Shown: positions 20,541 through 29,775 of the stretch, piece after piece
Layout: each line of letters starts with the position of its first letter
Numbering within the stretch: the first letter of the stretch is position 1
Assembly (NCBI RefSeq): GCF_000010065.1
Contig: NC_006576.1
Span: forward strand, 1,980,001-2,012,000
Length of the DNA: 32,000 nucleotides
Source of the DNA: Synechococcus elongatus PCC 6301
Lineage (GTDB): Bacteria; Cyanobacteriota; Cyanobacteriia; Synechococcales; Synechococcaceae
Direction: 5' to 3'
Program-made: the position numbers and the translations under genes
The notes under the pieces: generated by a model
What the model saw: the letters and a program-made list of their open reading frames with translations, nothing else
Database searches by the model: none
What the model was told of the DNA's origin: nothing

Positions 20541-20966
20541 ATGACCTCGTTCTACCTCGAGCAAGAAACCTTTGAGCCGCCAGGAGCTGTGGGTACCCAC
20601 TGCATTTTGGAGCTGTACGGCTGCCCTGCCGAGTTGCTCAATGATGCCGACCAAATCCAAGCCAACTTGCGGGCTGCCGCAACCGAGGCTGGGGCAACGC
20701 TCTTACAAGAAACCTGCCACCGTTTTGAGCCCCAGGGCGTCACTGCATTGGCCCTGCTCGCTGAATCCCATATTTCAATTCATACTTGGCCTGAATCTGG
20801 CTACGCTGCTGTCGATGTCTTTACCTGCGGCAGTCATACCCAGCCAGAAACCGCCTGTCATTTCTTAATCGAAGCTTTTCGATCACGACAATACACGCTG
20901 CACACCTTGCGACGACAACCTCCCGCTTCAATTCGAGAAGTCAGTCGCGACCCTGTTGCAGCCTAA
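20541..20966 (+). CDS. speD: S-adenosylmethionine decarboxylase proenzyme
   Basis: GTHCILELYGCPAELLND and the cleavage/active-site motif ESHISIHTWPESGYAAVDVFTCG; start taken at MTSFYLEQETFEPPG inside the track ORF 20493..20966. Confidence 0.93.
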   Translation: MTSFYLEQETFEPPGAVGTHCILELYGCPAELLNDADQIQANLRAAATEAGATLLQETCHRFEPQGVTALALLAESHISIHTWPESGYAAVDVFTCGSHTQPETACHFLIEAFRSRQYTLHTLRRQPPASIREVSRDPVAA

Positions 20967-21300
20967 GCGCCACTTCCTTGCACAATTCATGGCTACGACC
21001 CCTGCTGGCCTTGCGGTCACAGGGGTTTCTTGTGGGCAGCAGACCGAGTGGCGGTGATCTCAACTCCCCTGTCTCCTCGCGCGATCGCTCGGCAGAGAGC
21101 CAAGTCAGGGCCTGAATCTTGGGGAAATTGGAGCCAGCGATCGCTGCTCCTATGGCTCATCTAGACCGTCTAGGGATGCTCTTGTAACCATTTCTACAGA
21201 AAAGAACCCTGAAAAAGCAGTCGCCGCAAGACTTTAGGCCTTCCACTTCAAAAAAGAGTGCTGTATTATTTGCGAGACCCGCTCAAATCTACTTTTCATC

Positions 21301-21576
21301 ATGAATAAGGGTGAACTCATCGATCAGGTGGCAGTACGGACTGGCCTGACTAAAGTGCAAGTTGCTGCCGCGATTGATGCTTTGGTCGACGTTATTGTCG
21401 ATACCGTAGTCGAAGGTGAAAAAGTGTCCATTCTGGGCTTTGGAGCCTTCGAAGCGCGCGAGCGCTCCGAGCGTCAGGGCCTCAATCCCAAAACTGGCGA
21501 CAAAATCTTGATCCCTGCTAAAAAAGTTCCTGCTTTCACTGCTGGCAAGCTTTTCAAAGATCGCGTCCAAGGCTAA
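21301..21576 (+). CDS. hup: HU-family DNA-binding protein
   Basis: MNKGELIDQVAVRTGLTKVQVAAAIDALVDVI...SILGFGAFEARERSERQGLNPKTGDKILIPAKKVPAFTAGKLFKDRV. Confidence 0.96.
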   Translation: MNKGELIDQVAVRTGLTKVQVAAAIDALVDVIVDTVVEGEKVSILGFGAFEARERSERQGLNPKTGDKILIPAKKVPAFTAGKLFKDRVQG

Positions 21577-21597
21577 AGCAACAGTCAAAACCGTATT

Positions 21598-21636
21598 AAA
21601 AAGGGGAGAAATCATCATGATTTCTCCCCTTTTTTG
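21598..21636 (+). terminator. strong intrinsic terminator downstream of HU
   Basis: AAAAAGGGGAGAAATCA-TCA-TGATTTCTCCCCTTTTT: perfect 17-bp stem with 3-nt loop, followed by additional T; could act in both directions. Confidence 0.92.
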
Positions 21637-21675
21637 TCTGAATCTTAGGCTGGGTTTGTGACCCACAATACTCTC

Positions 21676-21876
21676 TTAGGAGTGGAGTCGTCGCCAAGCA
21701 TTGTCGTAACGACCTTGGAAATAGCTAAGCAATTCAGGGGTGTTGAGTCGGGCTGCAACGAGAGCTCGAGAGCGTGAGGAGGACATCCCCCAAGGATTGG
21801 GGTTGCGTTTTTGGCTATTGGCAGTGACATCGAGCTGATCGTGCAACTCAGCATCGAGCTTTGCAAGCTTGGTCAT
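21676..21876 (-). CDS. small hypothetical protein (66 aa)
   Basis: MTKLAKLDAELHDQLDVTANSQKRNPNPWGMSSSRSRALVAARLNTPELLSYFQGRYDNAWRRLHS; stands alone between the HU terminator and mutS; no recognised family. Confidence 0.35.
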   Translation of the reverse strand: MTKLAKLDAELHDQLDVTANSQKRNPNPWGMSSSRSRALVAARLNTPELLSYFQGRYDNAWRRLHS

Positions 21877-22069
21877 AGTGACATTGCGTCCAGCAGGGCA
21901 ACTTCAATCCTAGAAAGCTGCTTTGCTGGCCAAGCCTTGTGTTGCGGCTCTGCGACAGTTCGCAGCAATGCTTTGACTGTGTAACAGTGACTGCTCACTC
22001 CTACGCGGACTCTCCCGGGAGTGCCTAGATTCCTCTCTTATCTCTCCGTTCAATGCAAGACGCGAGCAA

Positions 22070-24718
22070 TTAGTGCGAAGGACCACTGAAGAGGCCCAAT
22101 TGTTCAGTAGCGATCGTGGCATCTATCTGCTGGGGCGACGCCTGAGTCCGACGCTGGCTACCATTGCCACGCCGTAACCCCACAGCAATGCGGCTGTGTT
22201 TTTCAATGCGGCTCATCACTTCACGGGCGCGATCGATCACCTCGCTGGGTAAACCTGCGAGCCGCGCTGCTTCAATGCCATAGGAACGATCGGCGCCCCC
22301 CGGCTGAACTTGATGCAGGAAGACAATGCGATCGGGCAGTTCTTTAACGGTGACTTGGAAGTTGGCGACGTTCTTGAGCAGGCCTGACAGCTCATTCAGC
22401 TCGTGGTAGTGCGTTGCAAAAATCGTGCGGGCTTGGATTTCCCTTGCTAGATATTCCGCCACAGCCCAGGCGATCGAGAGGCCATCAAAGGTGGCGGTAC
22501 CGCGACCAATCTCATCCAGCAAGACCAGCGATCGCGCGGTGGCATGGTTGAGGATGTTAGCCGTTTCGTCCATCTCCACCATGAAAGTTGATTGGCCAGT
22601 TGCCAGATCATCGACGGCTCCAACGCGGGTGAAGATGCGATCGCAAATTCCAACTTGGGCATTCTTCGCGGGAACAAAACTACCAATTTGAGCCAGCAGT
22701 TGAATGAGGCCAACCTGTCGTAAATAACAACTTTTGCCGCTGGCATTCGGCCCGGTCAAAACAATTAGATCTGGGCCGCGATCGCTACCGAGGCCGCAAC
22801 TATTGGGTACATAAAAGCCGCTCGGCAAAGCCTGCTCAACGACTGGGTGGCGACCATCCTGAATCGCCAACTGGCGATCGTCACGAATCTCAGGGCAGCA
22901 ATAGTTTTGGTAGACTGCTACCTCCGCTAAAGCTGCTAAGACATCAGCGGCAGCGACTGCTGTGGCGATCGCGCGGATTGTTTCGACATGGTGACTGACT
23001 TCGCTGCGCAGCCCAACAAAAAGGTCGTATTCCAGTTGATTGAGATCCGTCTGAGCATTGAGGATTCGGCTTTCCCGCTCCTTTAGATCCGGTGTAATAA
23101 AGCGCTCTTCGTTGGTCAGGGTTTGGCGGCGGATGTAGTGATCGGGCACCTGATCGGCTTTGCTACGACTCAGGCTAATGAAATAGCCGAAGGTTTTGCT
23201 GTAACCCACCTTGAGGCTGTTGATGCCAGTCGCAGTACGCTCGCTGGCTTCGAGGCTGGCAATCCACTGGCGATCGCTCTCGACTTGTTGCCGCAACTCA
23301 TCCAAGGCGATCGCAACCCCGGATCGAATCAACCCGCCTTCAGTCAGTTGTAAGGGGGGCGATTCGACTAAATGCTGCTGGAGGCGATCGCCCAACTGCT
23401 CCAGTTCCGGTGGCACCTGCTGTAATTGCGCCAGCAAGGGTGATTGGGCACGACTGAGTAACTGGGCCAGCTCCGGTAGGCGTAGCAACGACTCCGCCAG
23501 CGCCAAGAGATCGCGGGCATTGGCCGTCCCAGCACCAGCGCGGCCTGAGAGCCGCTCAAGGTCGTAGATCTTCTGGAGTAGCGATCGCAGATCCTGCCGA
23601 AGTCGCCCATCCTGACAGAGTTCTTGAATCGCGGCTTGGCGGTTGCGAATCGCCTCAGGGTTGAGCAAGGGTTGCAGCAACCAGCGGCGCAACAGGCGGC
23701 CACCCATGCTAGTCATCGTGCGATCGAGCGCCCAGAGCAGCGAGCCGTGGAAGCTGCCATCCCGCTGAGTTTGAGTGATCTCTAAATTGCGGCGGGTTTG
23801 TTGATCGAGGATTAAAAACTCCGACAGCGAATAGGTACGCGGCTTTTGTAATGGCGCAAGGCTTTCCCGCTGGGTTTCTCCCAAGTAGTCCAGGAGACCA
23901 CCAGCAGCACGGATCGCCAAGGGTAATTGCTCACAGCCACAGCCTTCCAGCGATCGCAGTTGGAAATGTTCCAGCAACCGCTGCCGTGCCTCATGCAATT
24001 CAAAGGGCATGGGCGATCGCAGGGCGTAGCAAAACGAATCCGGCAAGCAGTCGGGAATCTGTTGCGGCTTGGACTGCCCCGGCCGCAGCAATCCGGCTAA
24101 ATCCGGTGCGGCACTGGGAAAGAGCACTTCTGAGGGTTGCAGGCGATAGAGCTCCTGGGTCAGTCCCTCCAGACCAGTACTTTGGCTCGTCCAATAGTCA
24201 CCAGTGGAGCTATCTGCGTAGGCCAGCCCCCAATGCTCGCCGGCGATCACGACCGCTGCCAAAAAGTTATTGCGGCGTGCCTGCAGCATTCCCTCTTCGA
24301 GGATGGTGCCCGGTGTGATGATCCGCGTGATTTCGCGGCGGACGAGCGGCCCTTGCGCCTGAGCAGCCGTTTCTACCTGATCGCAGATCGCGATCGCGTA
24401 ACCCTTCTCAACTAACTGGCTGGCATAGCGATCGAGGGCGTGATAGGGAATGCCCGCCATCGGCACACGCCCGACTTCTTTCCCTGCTTCCTTGCTGGTC
24501 AACACCAGCTCTAGCTCGCGGGCAACCACGATCGCATCCTGAAAGAAGCACTCGAAAAAGTCGCCCATCCGATAGAGCAGGATCTGCTGCAGATGCTGAT
24601 CCTTGACCTCGGCGTAGTGCTGCATCATCGGCGTCAGGCGATCGCGCTCCACCTGACGGTGATCGGCATAGCGCACCTCGTGCTTAGCCAAATGCTCCGG
24701 AAGCTCAGAAGTTGTCAT
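22070..24718 (-). CDS. mutS: DNA mismatch repair protein MutS
   Basis: [115 protein letters not shown]. Confidence 0.97.
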   Translation of the reverse strand: MTTSELPEHLAKHEVRYADHRQVERDRLTPMMQHYAEVKDQHLQQILLYRMGDFFECFFQDAIVVARELELVLTSKEAGKEVGRVPMAGIPYHALDRYASQLVEKGYAIAICDQVETAAQAQGPLVRREITRIITPGTILEEGMLQARRNNFLAAVVIAGEHWGLAYADSSTGDYWTSQSTGLEGLTQELYRLQPSEVLFPSAAPDLAGLLRPGQSKPQQIPDCLPDSFCYALRSPMPFELHEARQRLLEHFQLRSLEGCGCEQLPLAIRAAGGLLDYLGETQRESLAPLQKPRTYSLSEFLILDQQTRRNLEITQTQRDGSFHGSLLWALDRTMTSMGGRLLRRWLLQPLLNPEAIRNRQAAIQELCQDGRLRQDLRSLLQKIYDLERLSGRAGAGTANARDLLALAESLLRLPELAQLLSRAQSPLLAQLQQVPPELEQLGDRLQQHLVESPPLQLTEGGLIRSGVAIALDELRQQVESDRQWIASLEASERTATGINSLKVGYSKTFGYFISLSRSKADQVPDHYIRRQTLTNEERFITPDLKERESRILNAQTDLNQLEYDLFVGLRSEVSHHVETIRAIATAVAAADVLAALAEVAVYQNYCCPEIRDDRQLAIQDGRHPVVEQALPSGFYVPNSCGLGSDRGPDLIVLTGPNASGKSCYLRQVGLIQLLAQIGSFVPAKNAQVGICDRIFTRVGAVDDLATGQSTFMVEMDETANILNHATARSLVLLDEIGRGTATFDGLSIAWAVAEYLAREIQARTIFATHYHELNELSGLLKNVANFQVTVKELPDRIVFLHQVQPGGADRSYGIEAARLAGLPSEVIDRAREVMSRIEKHSRIAVGLRRGNGSQRRTQASPQQIDATIATEQLGLFSGPSH

Positions 24719-24727
24719 GCGTTGCAG

Positions 24728-26291
24728 CTAGTAAGGCCAGCCATCGTAGGGCACCTGCATCCGTTCACCCCAGTACAGACGAATGGTTTGGACGGGAACG
24801 CCAGCGCGAGAGATGGGGACGTCGGCCAGCCACTCAATCTTCTCAAAGTAGCGCTCGATGCTTTGGGGCCATTCCTCCTGAAAACGCTCAGTCGTCCACA
24901 GGACAGCATTTTTCCCGAGCCAATCCTCCGGGTTTGACCAGAAGGCAAAACCACGCGGATCCGTGCCAAACAATGTGGAAGGGCTTGGGTACCAGCGGAT
25001 CGATCGCCAGGGCAAAGTAGCCCGGCAAGAAAAACTGATTGGACGCGTAGAAGTCGGCGGCTTTGAGGCGTGCCAGCAAGTCGGGACGTTCCGCGATTGC
25101 GGCTCGAATCTGCTCCGGTTGCAGTAGCTCCGTCGATCCATCGTCATAGGCGGGAATCAGCGGTAACCCCAAAGGACTGCCGGGACTTTGCAGCCAGCCC
25201 CAGCGCACTTGCCCAACTGCCAAGCTGCTGAGTAAGACCACCGCGATCGCTGAACCCACCAGCCAGCGTTGGACACGGCGTGATTTGGGATGGGCTTGCC
25301 ACCAATTCACAACTTGAGCTGCCAGCAACAGGGTCGCGAACCAGTAGCCCGGCATCGTCCAAGTTGGCAAAATCTGGATGCGACCGCCCAGCACCGTGAA
25401 CAACAGCACGATCGGTGCACTCAGCCAGAGCAAGAAGGCATAGCGCTCGTTGCGCTCAAGCTCAATGGGCTGCCGCCACAGTTGGTAGAGTGTGATGCCA
25501 ATGCTGGCAAATAAAGGGATGCCCAAGGTCGGGAAGAGGTAGCCAAAGTTGACCAGTAGCGCCAACAGTGCATCCCCGATGGAGTAGAAGCGATCGCTCT
25601 CCACTCTCCCCGACTGAAAGCGCAGCGAAATCCAGTCTTGCTGGCCATTCCAAATCAGCAGCGGTAGCAGACAGACCGCAAAGGCGATCGCTCCTAGCCA
25701 GAACCAGCGACTGCGAAAAACCACTCGATGGCGAGCACTAGTCAGACAAAAACCGACAAGGCCTGCGCCCAAGACAAAGGCGTGGTACTTGCTCAAACAG
25801 GCGAGCCCCAGCGCTACACAGATGCCAATCAGTCGAGGGCTGGGCTGATAGGGACTTTTTGGGAAAAACTCGATCGCCCCTAACCAAGCAGCCACGGTTG
25901 CAAACAGAATCAGTGGGCCATCGGGCAGCACCAAGATTCCCGCTCCGACCTGCATAATCGGCGCGATCGCTGCGATCGCCATGGCCACGAGTCCTACCCG
26001 TTCTGAAAACAAGCGGCATCCGATCCGATAAACCCCGACCAAAGCAAGGCTGAAAATACCCAGCGTTGCTAGACGTAAGCTTAAGGCTGAGGCGCTTCCC
26101 AGCAGCGCAGTCCCGATCGCCGCACTGATGCCCACGGCGGCTGGATGATCGAAGTAGCTCAGGGCTGGATGCTGGGTATAGAGGTGGTAGTAAACCTCGT
26201 CATATCCCGAAGGCAATACCCAAGCCACCCCAGTACGAAACAGCAGACTGAGTCCCACAATGACTGCAGCCCAGCGATCGGAAGCACGCAC
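24728..26291 (-). pseudogene. ArnT-like membrane glycosyltransferase, apparently frameshifted near its C-terminus
   Basis: Frame 24888..26384 encodes the transmembrane core (SGYDEVYYHLYTQHPALSYFDHPAAVG...FFLPGYFALAIDPLVPKP). The continuation TLFGTDPRGFAFWSNPEDWLGKNAVLWTTERFQEEW... is in the other frame (24728..25147). Likely GTG start at 26291. Confidence 0.75.
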
Positions 26292-26497
26292 AAAAATTCC
26301 CTTGTTCAGCAAAAAAATGTAACAACAGCTGGCTCGCCCTATTCTCGCTGCTGTTGGCTCTCGCAGTTTATGGGAAGATGGCAAGCAAACTTGCCAATCA
26401 TTGGCTCAGAGCAGAAGTCTTAAATTTTTGCTCCTCAGCAGCCTAGGCAAGCTTCGGTGTTGTCGATACAGACTGCTGCAAAACTGGGAGACTTGCG

Positions 26498-26686
26498 ATG
26501 GTAATCCTCTTCCAACTGGCACTGCTGTTGCTAGTGGTGATGTCCTTTGTGTTGATTGTGGGCGTGCCGGTGCTCTACGCCACCAATGGCGATCGTGTCC
26601 AATCCAACCGCCTGATCTTGGTGGGTGGCCTCGCTTGGACTGCCCTCGTGGTGCTCGTGGGCGTCTTGAACTACTTCGTCGTTTAA
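26498..26686 (+). CDS. psbZ: photosystem II protein PsbZ (Ycf9)
   Basis: 62 aa, [62 protein letters not shown]; two TM helices with the invariant VGVPVxYAT and VGVLNxFVV. Confidence 0.96.
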
Positions 26687-26695
26687 AGAACCGCT

Positions 26696-27241
26696 ATGGC
26701 CGTTTTTGAAGGCAGTTTTGTCAATGCCAGTCAGTTCCGACTGGCCGTGGTCATTGGCCGGTTCAATGATCTCGTCTGCGAAAAGCTCTTGGCCGGTTGC
26801 CAAGACTGCCTCAAGCGGCATGGGGTTGATCCAGATCCGCAAGGAACGCAGGTGGATTACGCCTGGGTTCCGGGCAGTTTCGAGATTCCCCTCGTGGCTC
26901 GCCAATTGGCCCTCACGGGTCGCTACGATGCGATCATCTGTCTAGGTGCGGTGATTCGCGGCCAAACCCCCCACTTTGACTACGTCGCCAGCGAAGTCGC
27001 TAAAGGGGTGGCGGCAACCAGTCTACAAACCGGCATCCCGATCGCCTTTGGGGTGCTGACAGTGGATAACCTGCAGCAGGCGCTAGAGCGAGCAGGCATC
27101 AAGAGCAACCTCGGCTGGAACTACGCCCTCAGTGCGCTGGAGATGGCGAGCCTTATGCACCAGATCCGCAGCACGACGGGAGAGGTTCCTCGCCAAACCC
27201 TGCCTCTGGCGGCGGCTCCAAGCAATTTTGCCGGAACTTAA
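26696..27241 (+). CDS. ribH: 6,7-dimethyl-8-ribityllumazine synthase
   Basis: [80 protein letters not shown]. Confidence 0.96.
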   Translation: MAVFEGSFVNASQFRLAVVIGRFNDLVCEKLLAGCQDCLKRHGVDPDPQGTQVDYAWVPGSFEIPLVARQLALTGRYDAIICLGAVIRGQTPHFDYVASEVAKGVAATSLQTGIPIAFGVLTVDNLQQALERAGIKSNLGWNYALSALEMASLMHQIRSTTGEVPRQTLPLAAAPSNFAGT

Positions 27242-27302
27242 GCTAAGGGGTTGACAAGCCATTAAGTTTTTGGCTTAATAAAAATCACCGGTTTGCCGGT
27301 TT

Positions 27303-27374
27303 GCGGGTATAGCTCAGTGGTAGAGCGTCACCTTGCCAAGGTGAATGTCGCGCGTTCGAATCGCGTTACCCGCT
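27303..27374 (+). tRNA. tRNA-Gly(GCC)
   Basis: GCGGGTA acceptor, TAGCTCAGTGGTAGAGC D-arm, CACCT TGCCA AGGTG anticodon region (GCC), CGCGCGTTCGAATCGCG T-arm, TACCCGC; 72 nt, CCA not cleanly encoded. Confidence 0.96.
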
Positions 27375-27444
27375 TCCAAAATAACTACTTCGTCAACAGT
27401 AACCTGTTGAACTTTTACGGAAGTCAGCGTTTTGCACTTGAGCG

Positions 27445-28776
27445 GTGTGCAGAGCCACAGAGACCGCTACCCTAGGAAAACGATTACGGCTTTCGTTGTC
27501 GTCCTCTCTGGAACGTTTGGCAATCACAAGAATGGCAGCACCCGCTCGGGCATTTGTCTACCAGGCTTATCAAGCTGCTAATCAGTTGGCACGCACTAAG
27601 CCCCTCGTGCGCAGCCAAGCACTCCAAGCGATTGCCCAAGCCATCGATTCCGCCCGAGACGGCATTCTGGAAGCTAATACGCTGGATTTAGAAGCCTGCC
27701 AAGATAGCGAGATGCCAGACTTGCTGCGGCGCTGGCTGAAGCTGACCCCCGAACGACTCGATCGCACGGTCGAAATTTTGGAACGCCTCAGCGTGCGATC
27801 CGATCCGATTCAGCAGGTGATGCGGGCAAGCTTCCAGCATGAACATAGTCAGGCCTACAGTCAGCTGATGCCCTTGGGTGTCATCGCCTTTGTCTATGAG
27901 GCGCTACCGGAATTGGCGGCGATCGCGACAGGTCTTTGTCTGCGCGTGGGCAATAGCATTCTGCTCAAGGGCGGCACTGAGGCCGTGCATACCAATCAGG
28001 CGATCGTCTCTGTCATGCAAGAGGCGCTGGAGTCGACGGAGCTACCGACGACGAGCTTGATCTCGCTGCCCGAGGATGATCCAGCCACGAGTCTGGCAGC
28101 CCTTGTCACCCAAGATCAGTGGATTGACTTGGTGATTCCCTACGGAAGGCCTGAGTTGGTGCAGCAGGTGGCACGCCTCGCAACATCCCCTGTGCTTCGC
28201 ACCAGCATGGGCAACTGCTACCTCTACTGGGCTAGTGGCGGTGAGCTAGAAACGGTGCGCTGGATGATCTTGGATAGCCATGCCAGTGAACCGGATGCCG
28301 TCAACGCGATCGAAAAAGTGTTGATCGATCGTGATTGCAACCTCAGCAAGCTGACGGTCTTGATGGATAGCCTGCGCAGCAAAGGTTTTAGGCTCAAGGG
28401 CGATGAGGAACTTGTGCAGGAAATGCCGGAGTTGGAACTCGCCCGCCACGAAGATTGGTCCCGCCCCTACCTCAGTCGAACCGTGGCCTTTAAGCTCGTG
28501 CCTGGCATCGAAGCGGCAACCGACTGGATCAATACCCACAGCAGCGGCCATGCCGACAGTATTGTCACCGACTCCTATGAAGATAGTCGTGCTTTCAGCC
28601 GCGAACTGAACAGCGCCATGGTGCATGTCAATGCCTCACCCCGCTTTAGCCGTAGCCCGCGCCACAGTAACGAAATTGCCCTAGGGATGAGCAATCAAAA
28701 GGGCTATCGCCGCGGACGGATCACCCTAGAAACCTTGACGACGATCAAGCAAGTTGTTCTTGGTCTGGGGCAGTAG
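27445..28776 (+). CDS. gamma-glutamyl phosphate reductase-like paralog, predicted catalytically inactive
   Basis: ProA-like fold signatures (GVIAFVYEALPELAAIATGLCLRVGNSILLKGGTEAVHTNQAI, WIDLVIPYGRPELVQQV, FKLVPGIEAATDWINTHSSGHADSIVT) but AVNAIEKVL where ProA has ACNAIETLL. Start probably the internal ATG of MAAPARAFVYQAYQAANQLA. Confidence 0.85.
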   Translation: MCRATETATLGKRLRLSLSSSLERLAITRMAAPARAFVYQAYQAANQLARTKPLVRSQALQAIAQAIDSARDGILEANTLDLEACQDSEMPDLLRRWLKLTPERLDRTVEILERLSVRSDPIQQVMRASFQHEHSQAYSQLMPLGVIAFVYEALPELAAIATGLCLRVGNSILLKGGTEAVHTNQAIVSVMQEALESTELPTTSLISLPEDDPATSLAALVTQDQWIDLVIPYGRPELVQQVARLATSPVLRTSMGNCYLYWASGGELETVRWMILDSHASEPDAVNAIEKVLIDRDCNLSKLTVLMDSLRSKGFRLKGDEELVQEMPELELARHEDWSRPYLSRTVAFKLVPGIEAATDWINTHSSGHADSIVTDSYEDSRAFSRELNSAMVHVNASPRFSRSPRHSNEIALGMSNQKGYRRGRITLETLTTIKQVVLGLGQ

Positions 28777-28782
28777 GTCAGC

Positions 28783-29775
28783 ATGGCCAGTGGCTGGACT
28801 CTGTTGGCAGGTTTTGCAGGTGGTTTGACAATCGCCAGCCTTTTTCAAAGTATTCGTGACCTGTCTCAACCGGGGATTAAGGAGACTTCTACGGAAGCAG
28901 CCACAGGACCCGAGTTGCCCCGCACTCCAGCTGCGCTGCCCGACAATGAGCTCAAACAGCGCTTACTCAATTCGGAGTTGCAAGCAGCACTTGCTCAGTT
29001 TCAAGCTGGTTATCTGGCCCGAGCGGCCCACGAACTGCGATCGCCCCTCAGTACGCTGATGAGCTTGAATCAGTTGATTCTGGCGGATCTGTGCGAAAGC
29101 CCTGCTGAAGAACGGGTGGCTGTGCAGCGATCGCAGATAGCCGCAAGACGACTGTTGCAATTACTCGATCAGTTAATTGTTGTCTCCCAATGGCAGAGCG
29201 GTCGGCTACCGTTGCGCTTTGAAGATCTGGCGATCGCCCCAGTGTTGACGCGACTGCAAACGGTGTTGCAACCGATCGCCGCCGGCCGCAATCTTGCCCT
29301 GCATTGGCCGACCGATTGGTCAACCCTGCCGATGGTCAACAGCGATCGCCGAGCGCTAGAGCACTGTCTGCTGCATTGGCTGCAAGCCGCGATCGCTGCG
29401 CCTGGTTGTACGCAGATTCAGCTACGCATCCGAGCAGAGCAGTCGGATTGGTGGGTTGAGATTGACCACGATGGACCGGCTTGGACTGATGTGGCCAACC
29501 TTGAGCAAAGCCTGCAAGGTCAAGGCCTCTCGATCTTGATCGGACAGCAGTTGCTCGACCTGCTGGGAGGGCAGCTAGAATTCAGCACCCCTGAGTCGGG
29601 CTCGGCTCGGCTAAGCCTGCGGCTGCTGGGGCGGTTGGTCCCTGCGATCGCTGCTAGTCGTGGTGCTCCGCTGCTGGTAGCGCAACAGACCGTAGCCGCC
29701 GCCGATCAACAGCAGGAAGAGGGGGCTGTAGGCCACGATCCAAACGCCGGCTACCAACAAACTCCGGATGAGTAG
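28783..29775 (+). CDS. histidine kinase-like protein with HisKA domain and degenerate ATPase domain
   Basis: N-terminal hydrophobic segment, H-box ARAAHELRSPLSTLMSLNQLIL, weak N/G boxes ([48 protein letters not shown]). Confidence 0.75.
   Translation: MASGWTLLAGFAGGLTIASLFQSIRDLSQPGIKETSTEAATGPELPRTPAALPDNELKQRLLNSELQAALAQFQAGYLARAAHELRSPLSTLMSLNQLILADLCESPAEERVAVQRSQIAARRLLQLLDQLIVVSQWQSGRLPLRFEDLAIAPVLTRLQTVLQPIAAGRNLALHWPTDWSTLPMVNSDRRALEHCLLHWLQAAIAAPGCTQIQLRIRAEQSDWWVEIDHDGPAWTDVANLEQSLQGQGLSILIGQQLLDLLGGQLEFSTPESGSARLSLRLLGRLVPAIAASRGAPLLVAQQTVAAADQQQEEGAVGHDPNAGYQQTPDE

Noticed and set aside
21910-22122. 70-aa minus ORF downstream of mutS
   Set aside because: Overlaps the mutS stop region in another frame and lacks protein-like features.
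22447-24415. Plus- and minus-strand ORFs inside mutS (e.g. 22447..22746, 23211..23567, 23851..24318)
   Set aside because: Fully contained in the conserved mutS coding sequence; no domain signatures or start context.
27256-27300. Small hairpins before tRNA-Gly (AAGCCA...TGGCTT and ACCGG-TTTG-CCGGT)
   Set aside because: Short stems without a following T-tract on the plus strand; insufficient to call a terminator or riboswitch for ribH.
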